DNA of 64,000 bases from positions 26,040,001-26,104,000 of the forward strand of contig CDPCPM010000033.1 of NCBI GenBank assembly GCA_976551045.1. Reading direction: 5' to 3'. This DNA comes from Glaucostegus cemiculus (lineage: Eukaryota). The translations under genes were made by a program, and so were the position numbers. Under the pieces are notes generated by a model. That model was not told the DNA's origin and searched no databases. It saw only the letters and a list, made by a program, of their open reading frames with translations. This document shows, in pieces, positions 51,109 through 63,980 of this stretch (positions within the stretch are counted from its first letter, which is position 1; each line of letters begins with the position of its first letter).

Positions 51109-54100
51109 CTATTCTGAAAAAAAAATCAAGACTTAGTTCTCAACCTCATAATTTACACAAAAATACCTGCTCAATGTATTCGAATCACTTAGCACACGAC
51201 AACGTTTTTCACATTTAATATATAGCTGCCAGAAAGTGGAACATTTGTATATATTGGTTTGAGGTGATTTTAAATGCTGTAGTTATTGAACTGGACATTA
51301 TGAAGTTTGGTCAATATTTTCACTTTGACTGCAATGTGCGTTCACAAATGTACCATTAAAAGTTAAAAGCAAACGTGAAACCATATGTATGACTCAACTA
51401 GTGACAGTAAACATTCTTAATACGTTTGCACAAGCAGTGAGTTAGATGTTTTAGTAAAGTTTGACCATGAACAGGCTGTCACAGTGTTGCAGGTTTAGTT
51501 CTCTATATACTGCCTTGTGAGATTGTTACTTGTGTGAAGTAAATGCTTTACATGTATGGTATTTTTATTGATTTACGTGTGATGACAATGAGAATGTAAT
51601 GTAGCATGTTTGACACAGCTCCTCAATGAGTGGAATTTGCACAATTTATGCCTCAGGTTGAAAGGTTGCGGTTGCTGCTATTTAACACTGTGCCTATCTA
51701 CAATTCCTTCACTAGAAAATATGATACTTGGTTACTCTACCTCGGTTATACCACTGTAAGTTAGAGAAAAATGATGATCAGGTTGTATTCTGTTTTATTT
51801 TATGAATTGACTTAAAAACCTGTAGTTTTTAATCTGCAACAGGAAATGATTTGTCAGCTTTAGTAATTGTTATTATACAAAACAATGTCCAAAGTTGAGA
51901 ACATAAAAATGAACTTGGAATAAAATATATCAGAATATGTATTAACGGTTCCAAACATCTTAACTTATTTTCCAAGTGCAGTACTTAACTCAGCCAAGTG
52001 TGTTAGAAAAGACGTTTACTTTGACTTGAAATGCACTTCAATGAAGGAAACACTTAGCAGTTCAATGCAAAGGTGAAACACAATGTATTGCTCAACTGAG
52101 TTTAATGCCTTGCCAACTAAAATAACCAAGACGCCTGCAGTCTGCAACATTTAGCTGAAGTGTGGATGGCTTCCATAAATTGAAATGAATTTATCATTTT
52201 ACCTTTTATTGTCAATGTTAATGTTAATTTAGTCAAAAATATGTTTGAAGAATATAGAAAATTCTCTTTCTCTCCAAAGGCAGGGAAGAGAAGCAAGCTT
52301 CTGCATTATTAACAAGTTATAATGAGTCCACTTGGATTGAACATCTTTGCTCAGCACATTCCTATGCAGTGATCAATACACTAAAAGAAGGAAAACATTC
52401 ATTTCACTTCCTGAACAATTTAACAAAGGATGTTCATTTTCGAGATTTTTGTAGCATGTGCTTGAACATTTTACTGGCGAGTTAAATGGGCCTTGCCTAT
52501 ATCACCCAGATATAGACATAGGTTCTCCATCGTTGGTGCTAGTCAGGAAAATAAGGCAATCGGTAGTGGTGACATATTGTATGGACAGGTACAATGTAAA
52601 ATGAATAGTTTTGCTGCTAAATAACAAATGGCAGTTGTATAATTTGTTAAAATTACACTATTAATTTTAAATGTATCTTTTTCATGTTTATTCTCAAGAC
52701 AGCTGTATTTGAATTGCAACTTATGTCGGCAGCTTGCTGTGGATAATGCTGCATCAATGTTTAATCTACAGCTCTAACTACATTTAAAACATAACCATTT
52801 AATTAGGCAATTGAATCCGTGTTACAAATTATCACTGGTTGGTTATACAGATGATGATGGAGATGATGATAATAATTTCGAGCATTTATTTACTAATCTT
52901 CGATATGCTTGACGTCACCTGAAATTGAGCATGTAGAGCATCAATGGAAAATAACTTGAGAGAAGTAAAATAACTTGCTTTCGTGCAACGTCTTTCATTC
53001 GACTTCAGGACGCAGCCAGTGAAGTGCTTTTGAAATATAAGAACGATGACAAAGCATTTACACTTGCACACATGTTCTTTAAGATTCAGTTTTCAATAAG
53101 CTTGTGATTATCATTGTACACAATACGTCCAAAATCTTTTTTTTAGTTTCAGTTTGAACGTTTATTTAAAAGTGTAGGCTTTTTTTTGTCTGAATGACGA
53201 GGAAAATTGGCCAATTTTCAACAGTAATTGCTTTTATCACGATATTCCGTTCGGTTTTGATTGTCTGCTTTTCTGTATAAATCAAACAAGAAAATCACAA
53301 ATCAAGCTGCTATTGTATATTCTAGAACTGAACAAGTTTTGAATAAAACCAGAAAGAAAGGAAGACGCAATCAACATGCTAATATTTTACGCCCAAATGT
53401 TTCGAACATTTGGTCCTCAGCTCAGTGTTAATTACAGTTCCACTGAAATAACACACAACAGGCTCCAAGAAGCGGCATTTCAAAGAATGACTGAAGCCGT
53501 AAATTTTACAATGACCTCCTTGGGAATCAACTCGGAAATCTTTGATATGAAATCCACGTCCCTTTGATGATGACTCGGAGTGGATGGTCGTTGTATTTTT
53601 CTATGTCCAGGGAAATGCTTCGTCTAAAAGCTGATTGCACATAGTATTTATTTTGCTTTTAGGCAAAGGCATATGTTACACCCAGACCGGGAGAGTGGTT
53701 TAAAAACGTGGTACTTTTTGAGAGCATAAGTAAGTGATGCTCGGTTACGCCTCGGGAGATGGCATATCCTGGTGCGATTGCATGTTATAAACTTGCAGGT
53801 CTTTTGTCTTGTCCCTTGCTGTTAGGCGCCTATTGTTCGCTTTTATGTTATCATACCTCTGATCCCAGTCGTGATTACTCCTCAAAGCTCCTGAAGACGT
53901 GGGGGATGCTAGGGATTTTATTAGCACAATGCGAAAACTGTTCGTTACTGTGACTGTATTGTAAGGGTCACAATACTCGTTTGCACTTGTTTGATATCCC
54001 GTTTTACTTCTGCTCACAGCGGAAGGACTATTCAATATTTACTCTGCCTGAATGGGGTTGTGGAAGGGTGAACCATAGCAAGCATCCCATCAACCCCACC

Positions 54101-54111
54101 CCCCAGAACCA

Positions 54112-54128
54112 GGTTCACTGAAAGTTCA
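54112..54128 (+). promoter_or_regulatory. Hox1-type 3' DR5 RARE
   Basis: GGTTCA-ctgaa-AGTTCA 3.0 kb after the HoxD1 stop. One base differs from the Hoxa1 3' RARE as I recall it (GGTTCAccgaaAGTTCA). Confidence 0.8.
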
Positions 54129-54769
54129 TGAAAAAAAGAACCAGATCGATCCTTAGTCTTCAAGGGTTCCTTGAAGGGATCACAATTTCAGTCTTTTTGT
54201 TTCAAAAATAACCAGCAGAAACTATAGACTTATCTTTATCTAATCATAAAACTTGCTTTTAATGTTTGGGGGGAAATCATTAAATTAAGGTGATGCGCTC
54301 TTCTTGTCTTTAAATAGACTCAAAGGTCAAAGTTCACTGTGGCACTGCATAAATGAATATTTAACCTTACTTTATGGCTGACGCACAATTAATATGCCGC
54401 CAATTCATTGCGTTGGGTGGAAGATATCAAGGGCGTACCATATAGGGGCTATTCGCTAATTTCGATTAATTTTGAGGTTTGTAGTGCATATTAAATATTC
54501 ATCTACATTATCGTATATTGAAAGGTTAATTCGATTATACTAAAGTTTGTTGTAATTAACTCATATCACATAAATGTGCATGTTGCAGTCAGCGCTGCAG
54601 GGGAACCAATGTGTCTACGAAATTCACTGCTGACGAAAATAATGCAATAAAGAAGCCCTTTGGCACAGGCAGGATTGCCGCAGCGGTGATAACATCAGTC
54701 CAAGGCAGCCCTTCTCGGTTTTGTGTCGCTTTTATCAGTTTGCCCTGGAAACATGTAATGAATATAAAC

Positions 54770-55010
54770 ATGGCCTGCACATTCAATGGCTCATCCTTTG
54801 TCATTTCTGCCACCTGCAACACGAGGACACCGCCAAGCACATCCCTTTCTCCTCTTTCAGCATTCCGAAGGGACCTTTTCCCTCCGCAGCCCCACTCCAT
54901 TCTTCATTCACTCTGGCCTTCGCGTGGCACCATCCCCTGCATATGCAGGAGATGGAACACCTGACATCTTGTATCCTCACTTTTCACCAGTCAGGGACCA
55001 AACATAACTA
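54770..55010 (+). mobile_element. Degraded Penelope-like retroelement fragment
   Basis: Frameshifted peptides HIQWLILCHFCHLQHEDTAKHI, PLSAFRRD and GTIPCICRRWNT resemble the RT-to-GIY-YIG linker of fish/shark Penelope-like elements. Confidence 0.65.
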
Positions 55011-55199
55011 CAAGGTGATCAACCATCTACCGCTACTTGTACCTTATTCGATTCTGTGTACTTTGCCCTTGATGTGATCTCTTCTGCATCAGGAAGAATA
55101 AACACCTTGCAGAATACCTGTGACCCTTAGCTACATCACCACTCCGAGCTCTCTATCGTCAGCCGCATACACTGTTCCAATGAAAATCAACATAAGTGC

Positions 55200-55670
55200 C
55201 AAAGAGTAATACAGCACGGAAACGGGGCTTCGGCCCATCGTGTTCGTGCCGGCCATCAAGTACCCATCTATACTAATTCGATTTTTTCGCATTGGCCCAT
55301 TTTCTTCTATGCCATAGCGTTTCAAATGTCCATCTAAATACTCCTTAAATATTGTGAGACTATCTGCCCCCAACACCATCAGTTTCACTATCTGTTCCAC
55401 TCTCCACTCCCGCCACTGCGCCTTCCTGACGGTGCCTTCTAGTTTTCAACACTCGCCAGGTGAAAAAAAAATCATCGAATTCCCTCTAAATCGGCTGCAC
55501 CTGACATTAAATCCGCTGGTTTTAAGGGGAAGGGGAAAAGGTTCCTCACTATCTACCTTTCATAATTTTGTGTAACGCAATTATTTTCCCTCTCAGCCTC
55601 TTAGGCTCCAAGGAAACTAAGATCAGCCAATCCAAACTCCCCTCAGAGCTGGGACGCTCCATCTCAAACA
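55200..55670 (-). mobile_element. Degraded CR1-type LINE 3' fragment
   Basis: The minus strand reads LGADSLTIFKEYLDGHL followed by a CR1-like tail (GATGGGCCGAAG...CCGTGCTGTATTACTCT). Confidence 0.75.
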
Positions 55671-55959
55671 AAACTTCTTGAAGAACAGCACTGCATCTTT
55701 CAGTTAGGCACTTCTGGACTGTTCACTGAATTTAACCGTTTCGGGTAACCACTGCCCTGATTGTTCTTCACCTAACAGTGATTAGTAATGATTCTACTTT
55801 GGACTCGTCCTTTGTTTCTTTTACTGTTTTATTCTTTGATTCATTCCTGTTTTATTTTAATCTCTTCTGCCTTGGTCTCTTATCACACACCTTCTCTTTA
55901 AACATCTCTTCAATTTTGCCTTTCTCTGCATCGGTACTTGTTTAAAAGCCGTTAGATCT

Positions 55960-56075
55960 CTTTAAATTTTCCAGTTCTGATGAAAGGACATCAACTCAGA
56001 AGAAAAGATAATGTTGTTTCTCCTTCCAAGATACTGACTGACCGCTGAGCATTTAGAGCATTTTTTGCTTTTATG
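55960..56075 (+). mobile_element. Penelope-like terminal fragment
   Basis: CAGTTCTGATGAAAGG...GATACTGACTGACCGCTGAGCATTT...GCATTTTTTGCTTTTAT resembles the common elasmobranch repeat end. Confidence 0.55.
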
Positions 56076-58549
56076 AAAACATCTGTGTGTTTTTCTGAGA
56101 ATGAAACCAATTGGTTGGTGTGGAGCATCTCATAACTAACTCGGTCCGAGGACAAGTAGTCGGGTTTTATCGGGTACATGTTGTTTTAACATGTAGGTTA
56201 TCCGTGTGACAACTGCTAACGAATAACGCTCACTGCTCGCTTGGTTTGAAATTTATTGGAACATAATTATTTGATTGAGGCGCTCCTTCAATAATTATTT
56301 ATTTTACTGTGTTCCTTAATGCTTTATTTCATATATTGCAGGAAATTCAACTTTTTGGCACAGGAAATAATCCGCAAACGAGTAACATGGTTCCAGACTT
56401 CTATGATTGAAATATTTTAAACTTATTTGACATTGTTACTTCTAGAGCATAGAGGCAGCTGGTAAGAGCCAAGCTCAGCAAGTACAGTGCTGTATACCCA
56501 TTACGCCATTTGTATGGTCTACAGTCCTTAATGGAGCGATCTAACATTAATTAGTCGCACAGTCTTAATGAATGCGCATTGAATCTAACGTGACAAGCAT
56601 TGTTGTAACATGTTATGCAACATACTTCAACACAAAACGAAAAGACTATTATAAACTTTCTGCACCTTTTCTTCTTTAACTAGTCATAACATGCTTAATG
56701 TTATTGGCGATTTGAAAACTGCTCGTGAAATTTTGGGTATATTTGCGTTAAAAATGAATAGTTAATAGAAAATTATTATATTCTGTTTGGTCTTTTTAGT
56801 ATCACATTTGAAATCCTTTGAAGTTAAAAAGAAACAAGCAATGTTTAGATACCAGCGAACATTTACAAATTAGCATTACGTGAAATAATTTAGTACAAAC
56901 TTTTGCCAAATGTGTTGGGATAAAGATCATACGATTGCAACATCGATTTAATTTAGCTATTCCCTTCAGCAGGACAGGCATTACTGTGGCGAAGTGTTTA
57001 CATATTTCACTAAACATGTCCCATTCATTCTTTGGAGCATAGTTATGCGCACATGTATATGCAGACTTACTGGTCGTAAGAAAAAGCCGTTGGTTGTACT
57101 GAGGTTCAAACCACATTACTAAGCAAAGAATATACATTTTCCCTTTTCTAAGATGTTTTCTAATCAAAAAACACTTGCCACTAATTGTGGCTGATTATGG
57201 AAATCAGTTAGGAAGGTCTCCAGCCTCAGTTGTTATATGTTACATTGTCACAAATGAAAAAGATGACAATATCTGATGTCAAGATTTAGTTAAATTTGGG
57301 AGTAGGTTTAGACAAAATAACAATGAATATTTCTATCTTTGTGATACAATTCCGTTTAGACACCTGGAAGGTTGACCACACGAAAACAAATCATTTCACC
57401 CGCCTATGTTAGACTTGGTTAAAGAATTGTTAATTGCAGATTAAACTAATCAATATGTAATCACAACGTATTTAATAACATAGTTGAATGATAAATAACA
57501 TAACGTTGGTACTTTAAAAGATTTTTTGGTATCCTAAAAGTGCTGAAGTTGAATGAAACTTTTAGCAGTGGAACTGTCGAATATCGTGTAACTGCGTCCA
57601 TTAAGCGGAATTGCCTGATTTCTATAGAGCAGATGTTTGAGATGTTTCACTGAACCCTATATTGAGTTATGCATCAAATGGATTGGATTGCTTCAGTGTA
57701 CTTATTCCAATCGATTATCTCACAATATTAATAGCAGCAAAACGATATGTCTCACACTTCCATTCTTACTATTCCAAATGTTCTGTCAGTTTTAGATATC
57801 CCAGAAATTCATTATTGTATACCTAATGATTGATAAGCTTGAAATAGACAATGAACGGAAAAATACACTGCGTGCTTTCTATACACTATACGTCGCTATT
57901 AGTAAACCTCTTACGCACTAGTTCAACGTTTTTGCTGTGTTCCCAGGTCATTTCTGTATGAGCGCCGGGATCCGACCCAACCTGCAGAAAAATAATACAA
58001 TGGAATTGCAGAAGAAATGGCGGCTTATCTAATCGCGAATCCTTGTGGACTATTAATAAGATTTTACAATCAATAAGTTTCATATTTTCTTGACCAAATT
58101 GTTTCTTTGGGGAATCGAAAACAGCGCCATTATTCGGAGAAAAGAAGAAAGTGAGCCAGATCCACTCCATTTGCCCGTTTGTAGTATGGTTTAAATCACT
58201 TATCTTCCTTTCCCTTTTGCGCAAGAGGGCTTCATGTTTAATTATATTTCCCTAGAATAGCGTACCGATCTACAAATAAGCGGGAAATCAGAATATATGT
58301 TTATTTGACTCGACATCTTTTAAAATTGGTCCATAAATTATTTTGAATTATCTAGTCTGTCATGAATGAGGTGTTATATTAAGCACGATCAAACAATACC
58401 GGAATATTCTCTACTTGGTGAGAATGTAATCGAGCTTTCGTTTCTAAGGCACGTTTAATATTTAAAAGCTAAATAGGCAGGATACATTAACTGTCATTTC
58501 ATATTTCAGTTTTCATCTATTCAATGCAACATAATATTTTGGGTGGAAA

Positions 58550-58748
58550 GGACTGCTGGGCGTATTTGGGTAGAGACTGACCTACCGCCTCTGACATTCT
58601 GGTTGAAATTCAGTGGTAACAGAAGAAATGAATTTGTCAGTGTCAGCTCCCTAAGTGAGTTTGGGCAGTCTCAATCTAGTAACTAGCTAACGTGGGCCTG
58701 CGGCACAGAACTCTCCAGTTCGGTACTAATTGACAGCTTCTCTCAGAC
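58550..58748 (+). mobile_element. Ancient tRNA-derived SINE, LF-SINE-like
   Basis: Collinear blocks CCTCTGACATTCTGGTTGAAATTCAG (B-box-like), TGAGTTTGGGCAGTCTCAATCTAG, GGTACTAATTGACA and TCTCAG match the LF-SINE consensus as I recall it. Confidence 0.5.
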
Positions 58749-59675
58749 AAACCACATATCTGGTGTGGTATATTGGAAAACAAATCACGTCAGTGCAACA
58801 GCGCATGTCGTTGGGACCAAATAGAACTGAGCTTCGTACACGACCTGGAAGTGTTTGATGATGACACCGGACCCCTGAAGTGGAATCAATTCAATATCCC
58901 GGCACAAAGATGCAATTCCATGATCTGATTTATATCTGCAGTTCTGAGTGACTGTAAGAAATGCAATTTTCCGTAGCGTACATTTTATCTATTGTTTTAA
59001 ATACGCGCTTTAGTGCGTGGTTCATCATATAAGGGTATTCCAATTCTAAACTATGATTTGAACACCATTTTTGCCATTATCTGCAATAGCTTCTTTTCAA
59101 ATTTTCCAAATTTTACAGCTAATAATTAGATCGAAAATTTATATTCCTAACTACATTTCCATTTTATGTCCACAATGAACCAAGAGCTTGAAGAAAGTGA
59201 TTTCTAAATGTACGAATTGTACAGCAGTTCACGTAAATCATAGAATTAAATATAATAGGTGCTTGTTACAGACTAGCCAAAATGTTTATTCGTGGCCGAG
59301 TCTTCTATTACAGCGAGCAGGTTGTTCAAATGAAATTGTTCATGTCACATAAAGTCATTCTTACACCAGAGCTTCACGAATTTGGAGCTGCTGGGCTATT
59401 CCAGTTTTGCTCAACGACGAGTGATTGGAGAATACACGATCGTCTGCAAGACAGGCACTTTCAGCTATCATGACTGAAATTCTATCCTTTCAGGTTCACT
59501 TTGCATAATCTTAAATTCATTCTTACCCCCCCCCCCCACCCCCCACCCCGATAACGGCCATCATCACAATTTCGAGTGGTTTTGTTTAACATTGTTTAAT
59601 ACATTGGCTTTAAGTACTTTAGTTGGAGTTTCAAAATTACAATAACGTTAACAATAAATTATAGGTAACCATCGG

Positions 59676-60720
59676 TTACAGAGAATTGTTACAACACAGA
59701 AGGCGGCCGTTCAACACCGCCTCTCCAAGAGAACAACGTTCTAGTCCCCCCGGCCTCCTTCTCCGTACACTTACAAACCTTCCTCCACCATATTCCCTCT
59801 CGAAGGCCAAAATGGAAACATACCAGATCTGCAGGCAGTGTATTCCTGATTCCAACCCCGTGCTGCGCAATAAAATTTCCTCATATCATTTTCAATTATA
59901 TTCTCCTTTAGTTCGTGTTTATTTTCGCTAGACCTCGATCCCTCCGCCAACGGGAAAAAAAAACCTCCCAATATTCACTCTGTCCTGACCCTTCATCATT
60001 CTTTATACTTCCATCAAATCTCCCCACAGTCATCTATTCTGAAGGAAATTGCCCCGGCCTGGCCAAACTATCCTTGCGTCTGTACTCCTTCATTCCGAGG
60101 ATCATTCTTAAATCTTTTCTGGACCCTTTCTAAACCTTTACGTGCCTCCATCAACGAAGTGACCGGAATTGGACACAAAAGTCCAGCTGAGGGCGGACCA
60201 AGTGTTTATAAAGATCAGCAGAACTTCTCTTACATTTATCCTTTACGCCTGTATTGGTAAAGCTCAGTATTGTATAATCTTATCAACCACTTCTTCACTC
60301 CGTCCTGTCATTTTCAATGATTTGTGCTTTCATACTCTCAGATCCCTCGACTCATGCACTCCCTTTGGAACAATACCCTTCATTTCATATTGTCTCTCCT
60401 CATCCGTCGTCGTCTCACATTAAACTTCATTTGCCAGGCTTCTGCCCATTCTACCGGCCGATTTAAACCGTGATGCAGCTTACCACTATCCTCTTCACAG
60501 TTTAAACACTGCAAATTTAGAACTTATGGTTTACACCCCCAAGTCAAGGTCATTAATATAGATTAAAATAATCAATGGCTTCATTACTGATCCCTGGGGA
60601 ATGTCACTATTCATCCTCCCCGAGTCCGAGAAACAACCATTCACCGTGACCCGCTGTTGTCTGCTACTTAGCCAACTTTGTACCCTTGCTATCAATATTC
60701 CATTTTTGCATGCGTTTCAA
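59676..60720 (-). mobile_element. Degraded CR1-type LINE (RT region to 3' end)
   Basis: ACTGATCCCTGGGGAATGTCACT reads SDIPQGSV on the minus strand (RT PQGS motif). A CR1-like tail lies near 59680. Many stops. Confidence 0.7.
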
Positions 60721-60767
60721 CATTGCTGCTTCTGGCACTTCACCAAAACAAAAGCCTCTGGAAATAA

Positions 60768-60860
60768 TGGGAGCGCTTTCTTCCCTGAGGTAGCAGGGTA
60801 AGGGTTCAAGCCTCACTGCAGGATCAGCACAAAAGGCAGGTTGCAGTACTGAGGGGGTGA
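60768..60860 (+). mobile_element. tRNA-derived SINE head (Deu-SINE/SacSINE1-like)
   Basis: GGGTTCAAGCCTCACT B-box, then AGCACAAAA...TGCAGTACTGAGGG. Confidence 0.5.
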
Positions 60861-61646
60861 AGGATTATTCGCGATGCATTCGTTTGAATTCACCAGTTAA
60901 GTATTGAGGACGTACGGTGCACACAAGAAGTCCAATACAGAAATACTTCTGTCTTCCCAGGTACATTCAACATAACTTTTGACACAATTTAGGCGCACTC
61001 TCCTAATTCTCAACCGTCAAGCATCAGAATTAAAACATGTATTTCAGAGAAAAGCACAAAAAGTTGGACTGTTGTTTATGGAAGCTGACAGTAAACATAT
61101 TCACTATTGATGTTCCTCACATCACAACTATACATCATTATGTTGTAGAAAGTCCGTGAAAGACTTTCCAGAAATGCACATTAACAGTTCTTTTTCAACA
61201 TTCTATATTAGATTGAACACTGAAATAATTATGAAATATATGTAAATGGTTATATTAATTTGTAATTACTAATTCAAGTTGGCGACTTATTATGTAAAAA
61301 TGCCTTTCCAGAGCACTTTTCGTGTCATTCATCCTGAATAGAGCAGGTTTGATGGACCGCAACATCTTTTCTCATCTACTTGCGATGGAAACTAGTCCCT
61401 AAAGAATTTTTTTCCATTCATTTGCTCGGCTCCCTTTCCTTTGAATTGCAGAGTGTGACAGGCGAAGTTCGGTAATCGGACCTCCTCCTCGCAATTACTT
61501 TTGCGGCAGCTCTAGCATTTGCCATCGGCGTGTGCAATAATTAACATGTCGGCCCCGTTAACTGCTCATTCATAAGAAAGTCAGGTCAGTTTGCAGGTGT
61601 GCAGAATCCAACTTTAAACCTCTCAAGTCGAATCAAGGTCGCAATA

Positions 61647-61945
61647 GTCAGAGGCTTTACCCCAAGGTGGAAATGCCAGATACTAGATGGCATAGATTTA
61701 AGATGGGGGGGGGGGGTTGTTTAAAGGAGATGTGCGTGGCAAGTTTTTTTTTACATAGAGAGTGGCAGGTGCTTGGAACGTGCTGCCAGTGGAGGTGGTG
61801 GAAGCAGATACCATAGCAACATTTGAGAGGCATTTAGAAAGGCACATGAACAGGCTGGGGATGGAGGGGCGAGGACCATGTGCAGACAGATGGGATTAGT
61901 TTAAATTGACATTATGGTTGGCACTGACATCGTGGGCTGAAGGGC
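61647..61945 (+). mobile_element. CR1 LINE 3' fragment
   Basis: TR-x-H-RFK and FKGDVRGKFF-type ORF2 C-terminus, with tail GTGGGCTGAAGGGC. Confidence 0.8.
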
Positions 61946-62477
61946 TTACTTGGAGTATTGTGTTCAGTTCTGGTTGCCTCATTATAAAAAGGATGTGGAA
62001 GCTTTAGAAAGGGTGCAGAGGAAATTTACCAGGATGTTACCTGGATTGGAGAGCATGTCTTATGAGGATAGGCAGAATGAGCTAGGGCTTTCCTCTCTGG
62101 AGGATGAGAGGTGACTTGATAGACAAGATGATAAGAGGCATAGATTGAGTGGACAGTCAGAGATTTTTTCCCAGGGCGACAATGGCTAACACAAGGAGAC
62201 ATAATTTTATGGTGATCGGAAGATGGCATAAGGGAGATGTCAAGGGTAAGTTTTCTACACAGAGGGTGGTGGGTGCAGGGAATGGACTGCTGGCAGAGGT
62301 TGTGGGGGCAGATACATTAGGGACATTTAAGAGACTCTTAGATAGACACATGAATGATAGAAAAATAGGGGGCTATGTGGGAGGGAAGGGTTAGATAGAT
62401 CTTAGAGCAGGATGAAACATCAGTACAACATTGTGGGTCGAAGGGCCTGTACTGCGCTGTACTGTTCTATGTTCTAT
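61946..62477 (+). mobile_element. Second CR1 LINE 3' fragment
   Basis: LEYCVQFWLPHYKKDVEALERVQRKFTRMLPGLE and ADTLGTFKRLLDRHM, ending in a GTTCTATGTTCTAT tail. Confidence 0.9.
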
Positions 62478-62699
62478 TTTTAGCAGTATTTTTAATAAAT
62501 TCAGCTGGTCTTGCTTTTTCTCCAGCAGTGGATATAATATAATTTGAATTTGTGTATGCAGAGAAGTTAGAAATAGTGAAATCCACTGCAGTATTTGAGT
62601 ATGTCCCAGCATATCCTTCACACCGCCATTACAATCAAGCCAAGGGATCAACCCTGGTTCAAAGTACAGAAGGGCATGTCAGAAGCAGCAACAAGCATA

Positions 62700-63018
62700 C
62701 CTAATGAGTTGCCAACCTACTGAAGTGGCAACACAAGATGATGTGTACTAAACAAATAAAAACAACATGCAAAGCCACCCTGCAATGAACTGATCTAATT
62801 AAAGCTCAACAGCCCTGCCACACCTAATTATGAATGGCAATGGATAATTGGACTGCCTACTTGGAGAGAAGGTTCTGTGAAGGTCACAATCATCAAAGAC
62901 AAGACTGAAGAATTTGCAGCCATGTTCAACCAGAAGTGCTGAGTCGATGTTCCACCTTAGCTTCCTCCTGAGATTCCCAGTATCACATAAATCAGTCTGC
63001 AGAGAATTGACTTCAAGA
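62700..63018 (+). mobile_element. Old LINE ORF2 fragment (5' part, interrupted)
   Basis: KDKTEEFAAMFNQKC*VD motif typical of the pre-RT region of CR1-clade ORF2. Confidence 0.55.
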
Positions 63019-63851
63019 AATGGTATTGGTTTATTATTGTCAATTGTGCTGAGGTACAGTGAAAAGCTTGTCTTACAAACTGATCATACAGGTCAATTCA
63101 TTACACAGTGCAGTTACATTGAGTTAGTACAGAGTGCATTGATGTGGTACAGGTAAAAACAATAACAGTACAGAGTAAAGTGTCACAGCTACAGAGAAAG
63201 TGCAGAGCATTAAGGTGCAAGATCACAACAAGGTAGATTGTGAGGTCATAGACTATTTCATTGTTTAAGGGAACCGTTCAATAGTCTTATCACAGTGGGG
63301 TAGAAACTGTCCTTAAGTCTGTTGGTATGTGCCTTCAGGCACCTGTATCTTTACCCAATGGAAGGGAAGAGAGAATGTCCCGGGTGGGTGGGGTCTTTGA
63401 TTATGCTGGCTGCTACACCAAGACAATGAGAGGTAAAGATAGAGCCCAAGGAGGGGAGGCCAGTGCCCATGATGCACTGGGCTGTGTCCACAACTCTCTG
63501 CAGCTTCTTGAGGTCCTGGGCAGAGCAGTTGCCATACCAAGCCGTGATACATCCAGATAGGATGCTTTCTATGGTGCATCGATAAAAGTTAGTGAGAGTC
63601 AAAGGGGACAAACCAAATTTCTTTAGCCTTCTGAGGAAGTGGAGGCACTGGTGAGCTTTCTTGGCCATGGCATCTACAAGATTTGACCAGGACAGGCTGT
63701 TGGTGATGTTCGCACCCAGGAACTTGAAGTTCTCAACCCTCTCGACCTCAGCACCATTGATGTAGACAGGTGCATGTACACCACCCCCTTTCCTGAAGTC
63801 AATAACCAGTTCTTTTGTTTTATTGACATTGAGGGAAACGTTGTTGACATG
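63019..63851 (-). mobile_element. 5'-truncated Rex1/Babar-clade LINE
   Basis: NNVSLNVNKTKELVIDFRK...FKFLG...FYRCTIESILSGCITAWYGNC, with 3' tail GACAATAATAAACCAATACCA on the minus strand. Confidence 0.88.
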
Positions 63852-63980
63852 AATGGTAATGGGACCAGACAACATCTCGACTGTAGTGAGAAAGACCCAC
63901 AAAGACACCAGGACTAGCCATGCCCCTAGCCAACCTGTTCCAATACAATTACAACATCTGCCTTCTCGGGCATACTTAAA
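63852..63980 (+). mobile_element. Old LINE ORF2 fragment (continuation after the Rex1 insertion)
   Basis: MGPDNISTVV and LAMPLANLFQYNYN, the GPD motif at the RT N-terminus. Confidence 0.65.

Noticed and set aside
51655-51668. AGGTTG-aa-AGGTTG, DR2-like
   Set aside because: Both half-sites deviate from RGKTCA, so it is too weak to call a RARE.
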